Origin: Octopus bimaculoides
Taxonomy: Eukaryota
Reading direction: 5' to 3'
Length of the DNA stretch: 64,000 nt
Assembly (NCBI RefSeq): GCF_001194135.2
Contig: NC_068982.1
Coordinates: forward strand, 153,331,333-153,395,332
A model generated the notes under the pieces. It was given only the letters and a program-made list of their open reading frames with translations, was not told the origin of the DNA and made no database searches. Shown here in pieces: positions 10,650 to 24,335 of this stretch (positions are counted from its first letter, which is position 1; every line of letters starts with the position of its first letter). The translations under genes were made by a program, and so were the position numbers.

Positions 10650-11874
10650 CAGGGGTTGGACACAATAATGGAAACACCTAGCATCTAGCATCATAATTTT
10701 GAAATATCTATAAAACCGTCAAAGCTTGTTTATTTTTATGTTTTTTTTATTTATTATTAGTGTTGCTTAATATGTTTTGCTAAAATTGCTGTATCTTTTC
10801 AGATATCATCAGAAAAATGTAATTAAAATCCATTGAAATGACAGATGTATCGGACTTTCAAAGAGGTCAAATTGTTGATGCTCGTATGATTGGCCATAGC
10901 GTAAAGAAAACAGCCGAAATGTTTAGTGTATCAAGAAGTACTGTTTCGAAAGTTATGACAGCCCTTGAAAAAGAGGGAAAAACCTTCTCGTTGAAACAAA
11001 ACTCCGGAAGAAATCCAAAACTTTCAGATAGAAAGCGTCGGACTCTTCCGCGAATTGTTGGAATGGATCACAAAAGTACAGCTCCCAAAATTACTGCAGA
11101 GCTTAATGACCACCTCGAAGACCCAGTTTCCACAAAAACTGTTCGCCGAGAGCTGCATAAAGCTGGATTTCACGGGAGGGCTGCAATCAGAAAACTACTA
11201 CTCTGGAAAACAAACGTTGCAAAGTGTTTGGAGTGGAGTAAAAACCTACAGAATTGCTTACCTTATTTCCAATCGCCGGTCGAGTATACGTGTGGAGAGA
11301 GCCAAAAGAAGCGTTTGACCAGACTGCCTTGTTTCAATTGTTAAACATGGAGGAGGATCTGTAATGATCTGATAGGCTATATCTTTGAAATCTGCCGGCC
11401 CAATTGTTTCCCTTCATGGCAGAATTAATAGTCAAGACTATTGAAGCATTTTATCTGATCAAATTCATCCTATGGTTGCTTGACTATTTCCGGAGGGAGA
11501 CGCAATCTTTCAAGATGATAATGCACAAATTCACAAAGCTAAAGTTGTTACTGAAAGGCACGAGTAACATTCTAGTGAAGTTGAACATCTTATCTGGTCA
11601 CCACAGTCCCCAGATCTCAATATTATTGAACATTTATGGTGCCTTTTAGAAAAGCAAGTAAGGAGTCGATATCCTCCACCATCATCAATACAAGAACCGG
11701 AGACTGTTTTAGTTGAAGAATGGACAAAAATTCCTTTGGAAACAATTCAAACTTTGTACAAGTCCATAACTCATAGAATTCAAGCTGTAATTACTGCCAA
11801 AGGCGGTCCTACCCCATGTTAAAATGAATTTGCTTGAAATTTTAAGTGGTTTCCAATATTTTGTCTAACACCTA
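10650..11874 (+). mobile_element. Full-length Tc1 DNA transposon with frameshifted transposase (about 10838-11822)
   Basis: TIRs CAGGGGTTGGACACAATAATGGAAAC / GTTTCCAATATTTTGTCTAACACCTA in TA context; paired HTH N-terminus, KHGGGSVMI, FQDDNA..H, WSPQSPDLNIIEHLW; several stops and frameshifts. Confidence 0.93.
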
Positions 11875-12108
11875 TATATATATATATATATATACACATA
11901 GGTATGGAAGGTTGTGTGGATGGATAGAAGTCGGATGAATGGATTTATGGATGGACATTATGTATTTATCCATGTCTGTATGTTTTTCTTTTGAATACAT
12001 TTCAGTTTAGGCTCTCAAATCAGTCATAAAGGAAATTACACACCTCTTGCTTTTAAGGTGCTTCTCTAGTGTTTTGGGGGTATGTGAATGAGCTATTGAA
12101 TGCATGTA

Positions 12109-12337
12109 CAGTAATCCGTCGACTATTGGGGGTGTTACATTCCCAAACCGAACCCCCCGCGACAGGTGAAAATCGGCGAAGAAAAAACAGTACTGTACTG
12201 TATATTTTTAAAACATTATTTCTATAATTTGTATATATTCATTTTATTATAAATTCAAAACAACACCACAGAAGAATTGGTGTAGGCTTAAATAATAAAC
12301 TGCGATAGGTGAACCGTGATATGGCGAGGGATTACTG
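12109..12337. mobile_element. pogo/Tigger-type MITE (229 bp)
   Basis: TA|CAGTAATCCGTCGAC ... GGCGAGGGATTACTG|TA: imperfect TIRs with TA duplication. Confidence 0.8.
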
Positions 12338-13569
12338 TACGTAGATGTACGTATGGTTACTCTTTCAGCAATGTTATGGATGTGCATGTTATCTAAGTAC
12401 CTATTAATCAGAGCTTCATTACTGCCTATATATGTGAGTCGGTGTGTATGCCATGCGGACTTGTAATTATAAACTTATACCTAGAATGTTTTACAAATTT
12501 TCGCTGTACCACAAATTGATTGAATTCAGAAGATATGAATCAGTTTGCTTTGAGCTCTCTCGTAGAACATTATCATTTCTCGGCTTTTATGTAGCTCAGG
12601 ACACTTAAGATAGTACTCATAAAAGAATATGTATAACCGTATCAATATTTCAGCATAAAATAACCCTGTGTGACCGAACTGAACTGAATACGAAACAGTC
12701 ACATCTACAGGGCTGCTATCTACAGTAATAGGGGATTTTTACAAGTGGTCACGTAGAGAAATATCGAGCCCATTGTGTTTACACGAAGCTGTTGTTTTTA
12801 CAGTGACATTTTACCAGTCCTCCATATTTTTAAAGGAGTTATCACATCTTGATGCTTGTTCACCTTTGTTATTCCCATCGTTATAATTCTTCCTGCAGAT
12901 AGTATTGTAAATGTCTGTTGCGTCAATGCCATCTGATGGGCAGGTAGGTAACTTACGGAGATTTTTGGATAACTCTCGTTGTGGATGACATCTTCTATAC
13001 TTCCATCGCAATGTGGAGGTTTAGATGCATTCCTATCTCTCTTGTAGTTAGATATTTCGGAAATATTTATGTTAATGGATAGGAAATGCGATGTACCTAT
13101 ATTGCTGATATTATCTACATTACGGGATAGGTGTCCATGCAAAATTTTGTTTTGATATTAGAGCTGTTTCACATCTCAGTTTCTGTGTAAGATAGTCTCG
13201 CTAAACTTGAAATTGTGAAACAACTATACGCTTATAATTCTATTCCAGAGTTCATCATCTAATCTCATGATTTTATTATTTTCCCTGTTGAGTATACACG
13301 TGACAAATACATTCCTTGTCAAAATGCTCAGCGGCACTCAGAAACAAACTGACATCCCGTATACTACTGCTTCTATCACTCTGTTTAATATAGTTCCTGT
13401 CAGTGTCAATTTATATATTGTAACTACCAATATATATTAATGAGCATTCTCTTCGAGTTCTTCGTTAATAGACACTAGTTTCTACAAGCAACATTTACAC
13501 CAATACTTGATTGAAATATTATTCAACAAGCGAATATCTAGATTTGTTTCAAATACAAGCATCCAAGTG

Positions 13570-14260
13570 ATCAATAGTTAAAGATATAGCTAGCGATCGT
13601 CAGTTTGTCAGTAGGTAGGTGTGTGTTTGTATATATTTCTTTGGAAACTTGGAAACAGACTATCAATATTCTATTGGCTCTGCAATTTAGAAAAATCTCA
13701 ACACGTTTTGATTGTTTAACTTGCAGACACGTTCGACTCACTTTTATACCAGCAACCTGGCATGACAAATGAAAATCTGCAAAAGCGTGAAGGAAATTGA
13801 AGAGAAAATAAATGAGAGTAGACTTCTTCGATGTTCTTGAGAGATAAAACTGTTCATAATTTATCATTTCTATTCAAACCTAGCTAATGATAATGATTAT
13901 ATTAAGATTTTTCAGTGTTCAATGAAGAATATTCTTCTTCAACTAATGGCACCTGAGGAAAATTTCAGTTTGCTATGCCAGGTATTTTTGTTACTCATTA
14001 GCGTCGATAGTGCCCAGTTTCGTAGTATATAATACTGTGCTAATATCATCAATGAAGTTGAGTGGTCTTCATTCTTCTATTAGTTTGTGAAGTTCTCCAA
14101 ATGATAACATTCGATATAGTATGTTGTTTAGCATGATAGTAAAGGTCTACAAAGCCTAAATTGTGTTGATCAACGATGACAGGTGGTATGTATCCAAAAT
14201 CTTCACTTTAGTTTCTCATAAGCTTTTATGAGAATGCTATTTGGACGTCCCATCATTTTT
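13570..14260 (-). mobile_element. Possible very old hAT (Charlie/SPIN-like) transposase relic
   Basis: Broken frames give MMGRPNSIL..TTCHR (cf. GA..MMG..C..H), WHSKLKF (cf. WLSRGK) and YFLFNFLHAFADFHLSCQ (cf. LAFL.D..E.LN.SLQ); heavily degenerate. Confidence 0.3.
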
Positions 14261-14804
14261 CAAACTCACTTTCATATTCTAGTTTACAGTTATATAGAGA
14301 CTAATACACTTAAATGTATTGAACATACTAGATCCGTTGACTTTGGAATACTTGTTTATAAGATGCGGAGAGTGCATAAAACAATATACAAGAACAAAGA
14401 ATTCAGTAGAAGGTAAGGAAAAGAACGTGTTGAGGTTTTGAAATATTAAAGGAAAACACACAACAGTGCAAAAAGTCATTTTATTAATATGACCTGTTTA
14501 AAATGCTAAAATAACCAGGAAAAATCTCGAAGTAAAAAGACTGATTGATAACATCATCAATGCAGATAAAGTTAAAAATCTAAGTACAAAATATGACGTG
14601 GTGAAGATGAATATGCATTAAGTTTTTTAATTTTTTACTAATATAATTATAATTATTTCATCAAATTCGAAAAGAACCTCAGGATATCTTTCGGGAATTA
14701 ATATGATCTCCATTTTGAATCTTTTCAACATGAAATACAATTAAATTCTTGGTGTCTTTAAAATGAAATAGGAGTTGTTATTTTAAAACAAATTATAAAG
14801 CACT

Positions 14805-15015
14805 GATCTTGCAGATTTGTTAGCACACCAGACCAAATTCTTAGCGGTATATCGTCTGACTTTACGTCCTGAATTCAGATTCTGTCGATGTAGCCTTTGC
14901 CTTTCGACTTTTCGGGGTCGATAAAATAGATATCAATTGAACACCGAGGTGGATGTAATCGACTTTCCCCTTTTCCCAATTTTCAGTCCCTGTACTTATA
15001 GAAGGTTGGATTATT
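14805..15015 (+). mobile_element. tRNA-derived SINE, family 2 (diverged)
   Basis: Homologous to 34168-34381 (GTTAGCAC..CTTAGCGGTAT..CTTTGCCTTTC..GGGGTCGATAAA..GATGTAATCGAC). Confidence 0.7.
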
Positions 15016-17029
15016 GTAAAAGAAATTTAAGTATAACAACAGAACATTAACTTGAATTAGCTGTCAGATAAAACTTAGAATTTACGTCAGCATCAATCTT
15101 TCTTTCTTTCTGGATGGCGTCTCAAAAAAATTTTAGTGAAAATTGGTATAAAAAAAAAAAAAGGTTCCGATAATTATTACCTAGGAGAAGATTACAAAGG
15201 ACCATTAGTCTTTAAAATGTTCAATCATGCAAACCGAGCTAGCGAATTCACTTCACATATATAATGGAACGATTCAAACAGAAAACTGATCTTACAAGCA
15301 TACATTATAAACAGCCCATGAAAGTGACTGTGTAATAATGTTCAAGGATAAGAATGCACGTAGTAAAAGATGAATGTCACTTCCAGTTTATTACTTACAC
15401 TCAAAAAATCCTATTAGGATAAATATCATACTCCAAATTTGTGAAGTTTGACATTAGATTTTTTAGGCATAAAACTAAACACAGCAAATAGAAAACTTAT
15501 ATAAACTATTTAGTATAGGAATTACAGGGTAATTTTTAATAATACAGATATCCTCTGCAGAGCAGGAACAAAACTTAAACAAAGATATACATTTTCAGGG
15601 AATGTCAACAGGCTGAGGTAAGCGACAGCGGTGAGAAGGATTAAAATATGTAATGTAGGAAAGATTTAATAACCTAGTATCTAAACTTGAATGGAATTAA
15701 ATAACTTCGTTTTAAGACGATGGCAAAAAAGACCTCTCCTTGGCCATCTAAATTCAGGCTGCACCACAGCTACAGAGACAGAAAACAAAAGACATCTCGA
15801 AAATTTAGTCCTTCACTAATCTCAGGTGACATTGACCTTGGAGGACTGCGGCTAAGTTTATACTGGGACGGTAGTGATCCCATGCATGTAGACATCTTAG
15901 ACTGTATACCCCCAAACGCTACTTGACTGATTAACATGACGTCACAGAGCAATGATTTACAAACACTAACTCACAGTGTACTTCATCTTCGCTCAACCAT
16001 CTCTCCATATTCCACATTGGCATCATCTTTTCGGTGCTGTCCTGTTCCAGGCATCTTCCACTCAAGCAAAATTGAACTCACTCACTGCATCTTCTAACAT
16101 CATATATTTTGTGTCTACACCAGCCCCCTCTCACCAATAAACACTCAGCGTACGCCTTCAACACCAGATTCTCGGCCCTCTTAAATCTTTTCAGACGTGT
16201 GTTTTCCTGAACCTATCAATTTGAAGCTATTAAAAAAAGAAAAGGATTAACCGCCTGTAAGCCATCCATCAGGAGAGGTGTATACATCTGCACTAGGCAA
16301 GAACCATACCTTTATAAATGTCCCAATAAATAAAAAGTGGATAAAATGTCACATTATTTACTGTTAACACAATATTTAAATACGAGAGCGAGTGATTGTT
16401 TTTATAGTGACACAAGACCAAAGCCTGCACATTATAATGTACCAGAAAGATACAGCGAAAAAATAAAATAAAACAGCTACCTCATATTACGCTATTTTAT
16501 GCTTACGAATACAACGACCAACAGCAATGGTAATATATAGTATGAAATAGATATAATGAAATCCATTCCAAATAAAAACATATAACGAAGTATCCTAGCG
16601 CATTCTAAAAGTCGGAAGACTGTTTTTGATCTTAAGTTTATGAGGATTGCCTTGAGACTAAACAGCCACGACAAAACAATTAACAAAGAACAATATAGCC
16701 AACAACAACCGTCCATCGTCACAAACATGTAAACTAATGCAACCCACAATATTCCCGCTGTCAATGCACTAACTTTTGAAATCAACTAGCTACAGAGCTA
16801 TCAACATGTACACCAACACGTCTGTTCATAAAAGTGTGTGTATTCATGTGTATGAGTGTGTATGTACCTGTGTGTATATAAGTTTGCGAATGGGAGTTTT
16901 TGCATGTGTGTATTTATGTGTCAAGTCGGAAGTGCAAGGGGTGGATTTTCTATAAAATCTGGTGAACATTCTTTTAGATAAAATCACCGAGCCATCCAGC
17001 GAATTTAAATGACTTTTCTGATAATGTGA

Positions 17030-17500
17030 TAATAGAATGTATATCCCTAAGAATAAAACTTCTTTGTTTCAGCCAATGACTCAAGGTGTGATATCTAACT
17101 TCAAGGCTTTCAAATAACTTATGAAAGCAATTGACAGAGACGAGAAACCTACAGTTAGAGACCCCTGGAAGAAATTCAACATAATGGACGCTGGGAATAA
17201 TGTAGCTGAATCATGTTATGAAATGAAACGTTCAACTCTGAATAGTTTGTGGACTGTATCAGTGACATTACAAATTTTCCTCAAGCAGAAAATCTACATC
17301 AAATACGAAAAGATATTGTGACACTTGCAAACGGATGAAGGATTTTAAGAAGTAATAGAGGTTGATATGGTGGAGTTGAGAATGTCCCAGAATGAAAGTT
17401 TATCTGACGAGGAGTCGATAATGGAAGTAGAAGCTGAGAATACAGATGAGACAATGGAAGTTTCACCTACACTACTTAAATTGGCTGGGACTTAGTCTTC
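17030..17500 (+). mobile_element. pogo/Tigger transposase C-terminal fragment
   Basis: YIPKNKTSLFQPMTQGVISNFKA..KPTVRDPWKKFNIMDA..STLNSLW matches the Tigger LP.NTTSLLQPMDQGVI motif. Confidence 0.85.
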
Positions 17501-17567
17501 CAGACAGATAAGGTATTAGTACACCGAAGACCGGATATAGTAACCTTTAGGTGGGACAAACAAGAGT

Positions 17568-17862
17568 GTCTAATAATCGACGTGGCAGTGCCAAGAGATC
17601 AACATATCATGAAAGAAAGAGAAAAGGTTGATAAATATGGAGACCTGAGAATTGAGATCGCTAAGATGTGGCAGCTACGAGAGTCAAACATAAAGGTTAT
17701 CCCTATTGTCATCGGAGCACTGGGTTCAATGCCACCAATCTGAAAAAATATCTGAAAACTTTCGAAATGCCCTACAATCTAGGTGTATTGCAAAAGTTGG
17801 CATTACTTGGAACTGCACGCATATTGGGTAGATTACTGTTGTCTGATGTCCTTGTTGTGATT
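17568..17862 (+). mobile_element. R4/Dong-clade non-LTR retrotransposon 3' end (family B), RLE domain
   Basis: CLIIDVAVPRDQH..EKVDKYGDLRIEIAKMW..IPIVIGALG..LQKLALLGTARIL. Confidence 0.85.
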
Positions 17863-18300
17863 TNNNNNNNNNNNNNNNNNNNNNNNNNNNNNNNNNNNNN
17901 NNNNNNNNNNNNNNNNNNNNNNNNNNNNNNNNNNNNNNNNNNNNNNNNNNNNNNNNNNNNNNNNNNNNNNNNNNNNNNNNNNNNNNNNNNNNNNNNNNNN
18001 NNNNNNNNNNNNNNNNNNNNNNNNNNNNNNNNNNNNNNNNNNNNNNNNNNNNNNNNNNNNNNNNNNNNNNNNNNNNNNNNNNNNNNNNNNNNNNNNNNNN
18101 NNNNNNNNNNNNNNNNNNNNNNNNNNNNNNNNNNNNNNNNNNNNNNNNNNNNNNNNNNNNNNNNNNNNNNNNNNNNNNNNNNNNNNNNNNNNNNNNNNNN
18201 NNNNNNNNNNNNNNNNNNNNNNNNNNNNNNNNNNNNNNNNNNNNNNNNNNNNNNNNNNNNNNNNNNNNNNNNNNNNNNNNNNNNNNNNNNNNNNNNNNNG

Positions 18301-18526
18301 GTATAAAAGATGGGCTACAGCAAATATTCTGCTTAATACCACAGATTTGCTTGTCAGTTGTTTGACCGTAACCAGTTGAGCAGATCCCTTGGTGGTTGAC
18401 GATATGTGCAGAAGTAGTAGGTGAGCATCATAGCCATGTGTTAAGAGGAATTCTTTGGGGTTTCAATGATTCACCTTTGGAAACATGGGTGTTTTGCTCA
18501 ACATCCTTAAACAAACCTTATTCAGG
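18301..18526 (+). repeat. Fragment of unclassified (AAT)n-flanked interspersed repeat
   Basis: Clearly homologous to 44575-44817; bounded by N gaps. Confidence 0.85.
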
Positions 18527-19084
18527 NNNNNNNNNNNNNNNNNNNNNNNNNNNNNNNNNNNNNNNNNNNNNNNNNNNNNNNNNNNNNNNNNNNNNNNNNN
18601 NNNNNNNNNNNNNNNNNNNNNNNNNNNNNNNNNNNNNNNNNNNNNNNNNNNNNNNNNNNNNNNNNNNNNNNNNNNNNNNNNNNNNNNNNNNNNNNNNNNN
18701 NNNNNNNNNNNNNNNNNNNNNNNNNNNNNNNNNNNNNNNNNNNNNNNNNNNNNNNNNNNNNNNNNNNNNNNNNNNNNNNNNNNNNNNNNNNNNNNNNNNN
18801 NNNNNNNNNNNNNNNNNNNNNNNNNNNNNNNNNNNNNNNNNNNNNNNNNNNNNNNNNNNNNNNNNNNNNNNNNNNNNNNNNNNNNNNNNNNNNNNNNNNN
18901 NNNNNNNNNNNNNNNNNNNNNNNNNNNNNNNNNNNNNNNNNNNNNNNNNNNNNNNNNNNNNNNNNNNNNNNNNNNNNNNNNNNNNNNNNNNNNNNNNNNN
19001 NNNNNNNNNNNNNNNNNNNNNNNNNNNNNNNNNNNNNNNNNNNNNNNNNNNNNNNNNNNNNNNNNNNNNNNNNNNNNNNNNNNN

Positions 19085-19357
19085 GAATCTAAAAACAGAA
19101 ACAATTCCTATCATAGTAGGTGCCTTAGGTATAATAAAAAAAATATTCAGACAAATACATAACAAAAACACCAGGACTTACAAATATATATAACATACAG
19201 AAAATTGCACTACTGGGTACTGCACACATTCTACGCAAAACACTTCCAATACAGTAAACATAAGAGCACCACAGCAAACCACAGCACATACCCAAGGCAC
19301 ACAGAGCTGCGCTCGGTAGTGAAGTGAAAGCACGTTATAAAAATAAAACTACTGAAC

Positions 19358-19393
<36 letters not shown>
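19085..19393 (+). mobile_element. R4/Dong family A 3' end with (AAT)n tail
   Basis: Near-identical to 45980-46265 (NLKTETIPIIVGALGIIKK..IQKIALLGTAHILRK, then 3' UTR). Confidence 0.9.
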
Positions 19394-19590
19394 CCTTTCT
19401 ACTGAAGCACAAAGCCTCAAATTTGGGGGAAGGGTTTAAGTCGATTACATCGACTTCAGTGCGTAACTGGTACTTATTTAATGGATCTCGAAAGGATGAG
19501 AAGCAAAGTCAACTTCGGCGGAATTTGAAATCAGAAATACCTCTAAGCACTTCGTTCAGCCTGCTAACGATCCTACCAGCTCGCTACCTA
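19394..19590 (-). mobile_element. tRNA-derived SINE, family 2
   Basis: Reverse complement matches family 2 (..TCAAATTCCGCCGAAGTTGACTTTG..GATGTAATCGAC..GTAGAAAGG+(ATT)n). Confidence 0.75.
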
Positions 19591-19619
19591 AGTAGCTATG
19601 ATGATTTGAACTGAGAAAT

Positions 19620-19895
19620 ACGAAGGTCGTGGTCAGTGATGAGAGTAGACGTGATAACAATAGCAATTGATGCACCTGGAAGTATCAGCACTGAATTATT
19701 AGCATGGCTGTAAAAGGCTGGAGCAAGAGTGAAGGTAGAACGGCCAGAATTCTTCGCAGCGTTCTTCAACCATGACCAGTAAACAAATGTCACTTTAGTC
19801 TGCTGGCTGTGGATAGCTGACAATTTCCATTTTACCCAGCAAAATAAGCTGTGAGTTTTCATATAATAATAATAATAATGATAATAATAATAATG

Positions 19896-19956
<61 letters not shown>

Positions 19957-19985
19957 TGATGATGATAATGATAGTAATAATAAAT
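19620..19985 (+). mobile_element. R4/Dong family C 3' end with long (AAT)n tail
   Basis: Homologous to 47330-47600 (MRVDVITIAI.APGSIST..; 3' UTR TAGTCTGCTGGCTGTG..ATAAGCTGTGAGTTT). Confidence 0.8.
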
Positions 19986-20777
19986 AGAATTTAGCAAAAA
20001 AGTTACAAACTTGCGAAAGTTCGGTAATCAACTCGATGTCCGTTAAATTATGTGGTAGTTAATTTTCGACTACGGAACGATAAAGATGAAATTCCATCTC
20101 GGTTGGATGTGAACTGAGAATATAAAGAGGCATGATTATGTACACCAGATTATATTTTCCGATCCTCTTCTAAATCTACTATCCACCATTACACCACTAT
20201 TCTGTCGCTACACTTTGCATTATACAGTTATGGATGATACTTTGCCAATATTATTACTTACTGGCATAAACAAAAGACAATATTTATCCAGTGTTTTCCT
20301 GTTAGTAAATGTATATTTATATTTTCATATTCATGGAACATTAAAACCAATCATCAGAATATATGTCCTTACATACTATTTTGAAAACGACATTCTTTTA
20401 ATGGTCTCATTGTTCCACTATGCGTTAACACCAACATTTGCATAGTATTTGTTTGGAAGTGTCTCGAAAGGGAAATAGTATAAATATAATTATTCTAAGC
20501 TCAATAGCACAAGATCAAATAAGTTCTTTGAATAACGAAAATTTCACTATACCACATAATAAAACTGAATATCGTTATATGAAAATCTGAACAAAGTGCG
20601 GTAGGATTATATAGTCACGTACACAGAACATAAACCCGTACGAACGAACATGGATACATACATATTCATATACAGTCTCGCATGCACAGACACGGACACA
20701 TATACAGACATATAAAGACACATACAAAAAGATACACTCACAAACACACAGACATAAATGTATATTTTGTTCTTTTA

Positions 20778-20990
20778 GCCTGGTGGTTAGAATATTTGCG
20801 CTCATGATCAAATGATTGGGATTTCGCTTCCTCGAACGAACAGTACGACATTTCCTTGAAAAAGACCAAGTGATTCAGGCTTCTCCAGTCTTGTCCATTA
20901 AAACGAAAACCAGCGTACCAGGAGTCATCTCTCTCTCTCTCTCTTCATAACTCGAACCTGGTTGATATTTGGCAGTATAAAATGTCCGGA
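20778..20990 (+). mobile_element. Degenerate tRNA-derived SINE (third family)
   Basis: GCCTGGTGGTTAG (A box-like) ... GATTTCGCTTCC (B box-like). Confidence 0.4.
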
Positions 20991-21212
20991 AGCTTATGTT
21001 TTCTCAGGAATACAAAGACGACTAAAGTGCTTAACATACAAGTATATATATTGTACACACGCATTTACAGCAATGTAAGTATTGCATCCATCCATCCATC
21101 CATCCATCCATCCATCCATCCATCCATCTATACATACATACATACATACATACATACATACATAATACATACATACATACATGCATACATAAATACATAC
21201 ATACATACATTA

Positions 21213-21650
21213 TGGGATGATGGCTCACACAGCCAGAACATCAATGGACGGGCTTTTCGGTGACCACCTCATTTCCAGGTTTGCTGACATTCCCTGGCCC
21301 CCTCGATCCCCTGATTTGTCCATGTATGATTATTTCTTGTGGGGAAACCTCAAGACAGTGAGTATACGCATAAGCCCCGTATATTGGACGATTTGAAGGA
21401 AGCTATTCGCATGCAGTCGCTCAAATCGACGGAGCAATGCTGGAGAGAGTGGAGGCCAACTTCAAAGAACGGCTTCAGAAATGCATCAATGAAAACGGAC
21501 ACCACATGATGAACGTCATTTTCCAAACTTAATTTTAACAAATGTTAATTTAATACGAACACATTGATGTCAAGAAAATTTGTTTGTAGCTAAAATTTAT
21601 GATTTTGCGAATTTTCCAAAAACGTTCGTCCTGTCTACCCCACTATGTAT
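21213..21650 (+). mobile_element. Tc1/mariner-superfamily (Tc3/maT-like) transposase 3' fragment
   Basis: AHTARTSM..LISRFADIPWPPRSPDLSMYDYFLWGNLK..DLKEAI..FKERLQKCINENGHH. Confidence 0.85.
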
Positions 21651-21711
21651 ATACGTATATGTGTGTGCATGTGCGTATCTCTTTTTTTACCTGTTTTTTT
21701 TTATGTATACA

Positions 21712-21767
<56 letters not shown>

Positions 21768-24257
21768 TGTGTGTACGTATGATTTATTCAAGTCCTAAGA
21801 ACATAAGTCAACTTTTGTCAAATAATACATAATTTTGAATTTCAAGTTTATCGTCTAACAAACGGAGCTTGTCTTATAATTATAATTATAGTCAAATTCC
21901 ATAACAGTCTCACTGAAATTGTCTTATATATCGCACATAATTAGAATCCCTACTCATTGTAATTTTGTCGACACAAATCGTTGTATGATATAAATCAAAT
22001 TAGCTACCCCGGTAGAGACCCATTGTAACTAACGACACAAAAAGTTTGCTACTAACAAAGTATTTCTTTCCGCAATATGGATATTACGTAACATTACATG
22101 CAGTTTGGCTCACAGCGTTACCACATCTAATTGTGTTACATCAGATGTATACAACTAATGTGGCCAATTAAAACATCGTTACAAAAACACATTACTAATA
22201 ATTATAAATGCAACTCTGCAAATCTAAAAACTCTGCAAATCTCTAATGTGTTATTGCTGACAAAAGCATATTTTATTTAGGCCTAACGCTAGTATTATTC
22301 AGTATGTACATTGGTCTAACAGTCTCCGATTTCAACTCCTATCAACACTTCAAATCTCGTTCGTTTTGGAGCGAAACGAGAAACTCCCCTGCCACTACCG
22401 ATCTAACACTGAAGTCTGAGGAGGGTAACATGACATAAAATCTACAAAGGATTATCAAGAAAGCCATACCCTTTATAAGCGACGGTAACCTGTGCCACTC
22501 ATGGATATGAGAGAGTACAGAAATTCTGTTTATCAACATATTGTGTCTAAATACGATATGACTTCGTTTATCAAATGCAAATATAGAATATACTGAAGTA
22601 ACTGAATTATAAATCATTTGAGAAGAACACGCATACTGTATGTTAAACTAAAAATCAAAGTTTGTTATCTCACTTAAAAGTTGTAGCTGAATTTGTAATT
22701 CGCTATTAGATACCCAGCACTAGGTTTTAACGTGGGTGTTATTCCGACATGTAGGATATCATCAGCGAATTTTACTCCCACTCTTATATTCCATACAATT
22801 CTATTTACTGATATACATCGATCACTATATCTATAACTTACTGATATAATTGTACAAGTAAAAATCTTTAAAGATGAATCGGAAATCCTTGAATCAATAT
22901 CCTTGTTTCCACCGTTAAATAGAGAGCTGACAAGTATTTTTTTCTTGGACTGAAATTTGTCCCATGTTCCTGAAATTTGATACTTTTAACACTGAGCTTA
23001 ATTCTAGTTCATGTCACCTGCTTTGACATGTATTTCTCTGTTGAAATTATTAGTTCTTTATTTAATAGTAAGTTTCTCTGTTGTAAACAGCATATGGTGC
23101 TTACTGCATTCTCTAGAAATCCGAACCGAACCTACATTTCACAAATAAATATTTATTGGTTTTATTAATCGATACATCCTTAAATACCTTATTGAAAACA
23201 ATTTACTGTCAATTTTAATTCGCTTATGATAATATATTGTTGCTAATTAGACTGACGCTTATCCGATTGTTACCGTCATAGTCAAAACATATTCTTGTCT
23301 TTCTAAATATATCTGAGTAAAATAATGTAGTGTTACTAAACCATTGGTGAAGTTTGAATTGAGGAAAAGTTCTATAATGAAATGATCTTTGTTTACTCGT
23401 CAGTACATCCAAATCTCTCATAATCTTGCAATAGACTGCAACGTCGAACTGAACTACTATTTAAACCTTAACTCTGCTTGGTTGCATATGCCAAATTGTT
23501 CTAACGCTAACATTTTCCTTTCTTGTATGTTACTCGACGTTCCGTTAATATTTATTTATCCTACAGATTCTTCATAGATTTTGAAGATTAATTTATGTAT
23601 CTTTGGACCATTTCGTTGATTGACAAAATGCGGTAGTGATGTAGTGTTGTCATATTGTATGAATAATTCTTTGGACCGCATGAAGATTCTGTCAACGTCC
23701 GTAAATACATACACACACACATACATTATATATATATGTATATATATACNNNNNNNNNNATATATATATATATATATATACAAAGGGGACCACTAGGTGG
23801 ACTGTTACTGTGCTAGAAAAATATCACATGTAATGTGTCTACTAAGACCGAATTGTTCTCAAACGAAATTTAGCGAAGTAACAAAACGTATACGGGCTAG
23901 ACAAGTGAAAATTACATAAATATATACAAAGTTATCAGCAAACTGGTTTTGAAATTAACATTTTCTTACCAAAAATATCTGTTTCTCATCAGTACGGACC
24001 GCTAAATAAATATAATTCTCAGAATCGTATACTAGTTGTTCCCCACGAATGAAGCACGTGTACACGGTTCTGTTAATTATGTTTATGGTAAGATTTAAAA
24101 GTCTTCGTTTTGGCGCGCTAAATCCGGAAATATCTCTGCAGAAAGTGGTATCTGCATCGAATATACCAACTTTGAGAACGTGGTTATGGTTAATTAAATT
24201 AAAACAGTAGGGTAAAAAATTGCGTTGAAATTATTACTTTCATTTTTAATTCGATAA

Positions 24258-24335
24258 TTCTTCTTCTTCTTCTTCTTCTTCTTCTTCTTCTTCTTCTTCT
24301 TCTTCTTCTTCTACTGCTGCTGCTGCTACTGCTGC
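24258..24335. repeat. Compound (TTC)n-(CTG/CTA)n microsatellite
   Basis: Direct read. Confidence 0.95.
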
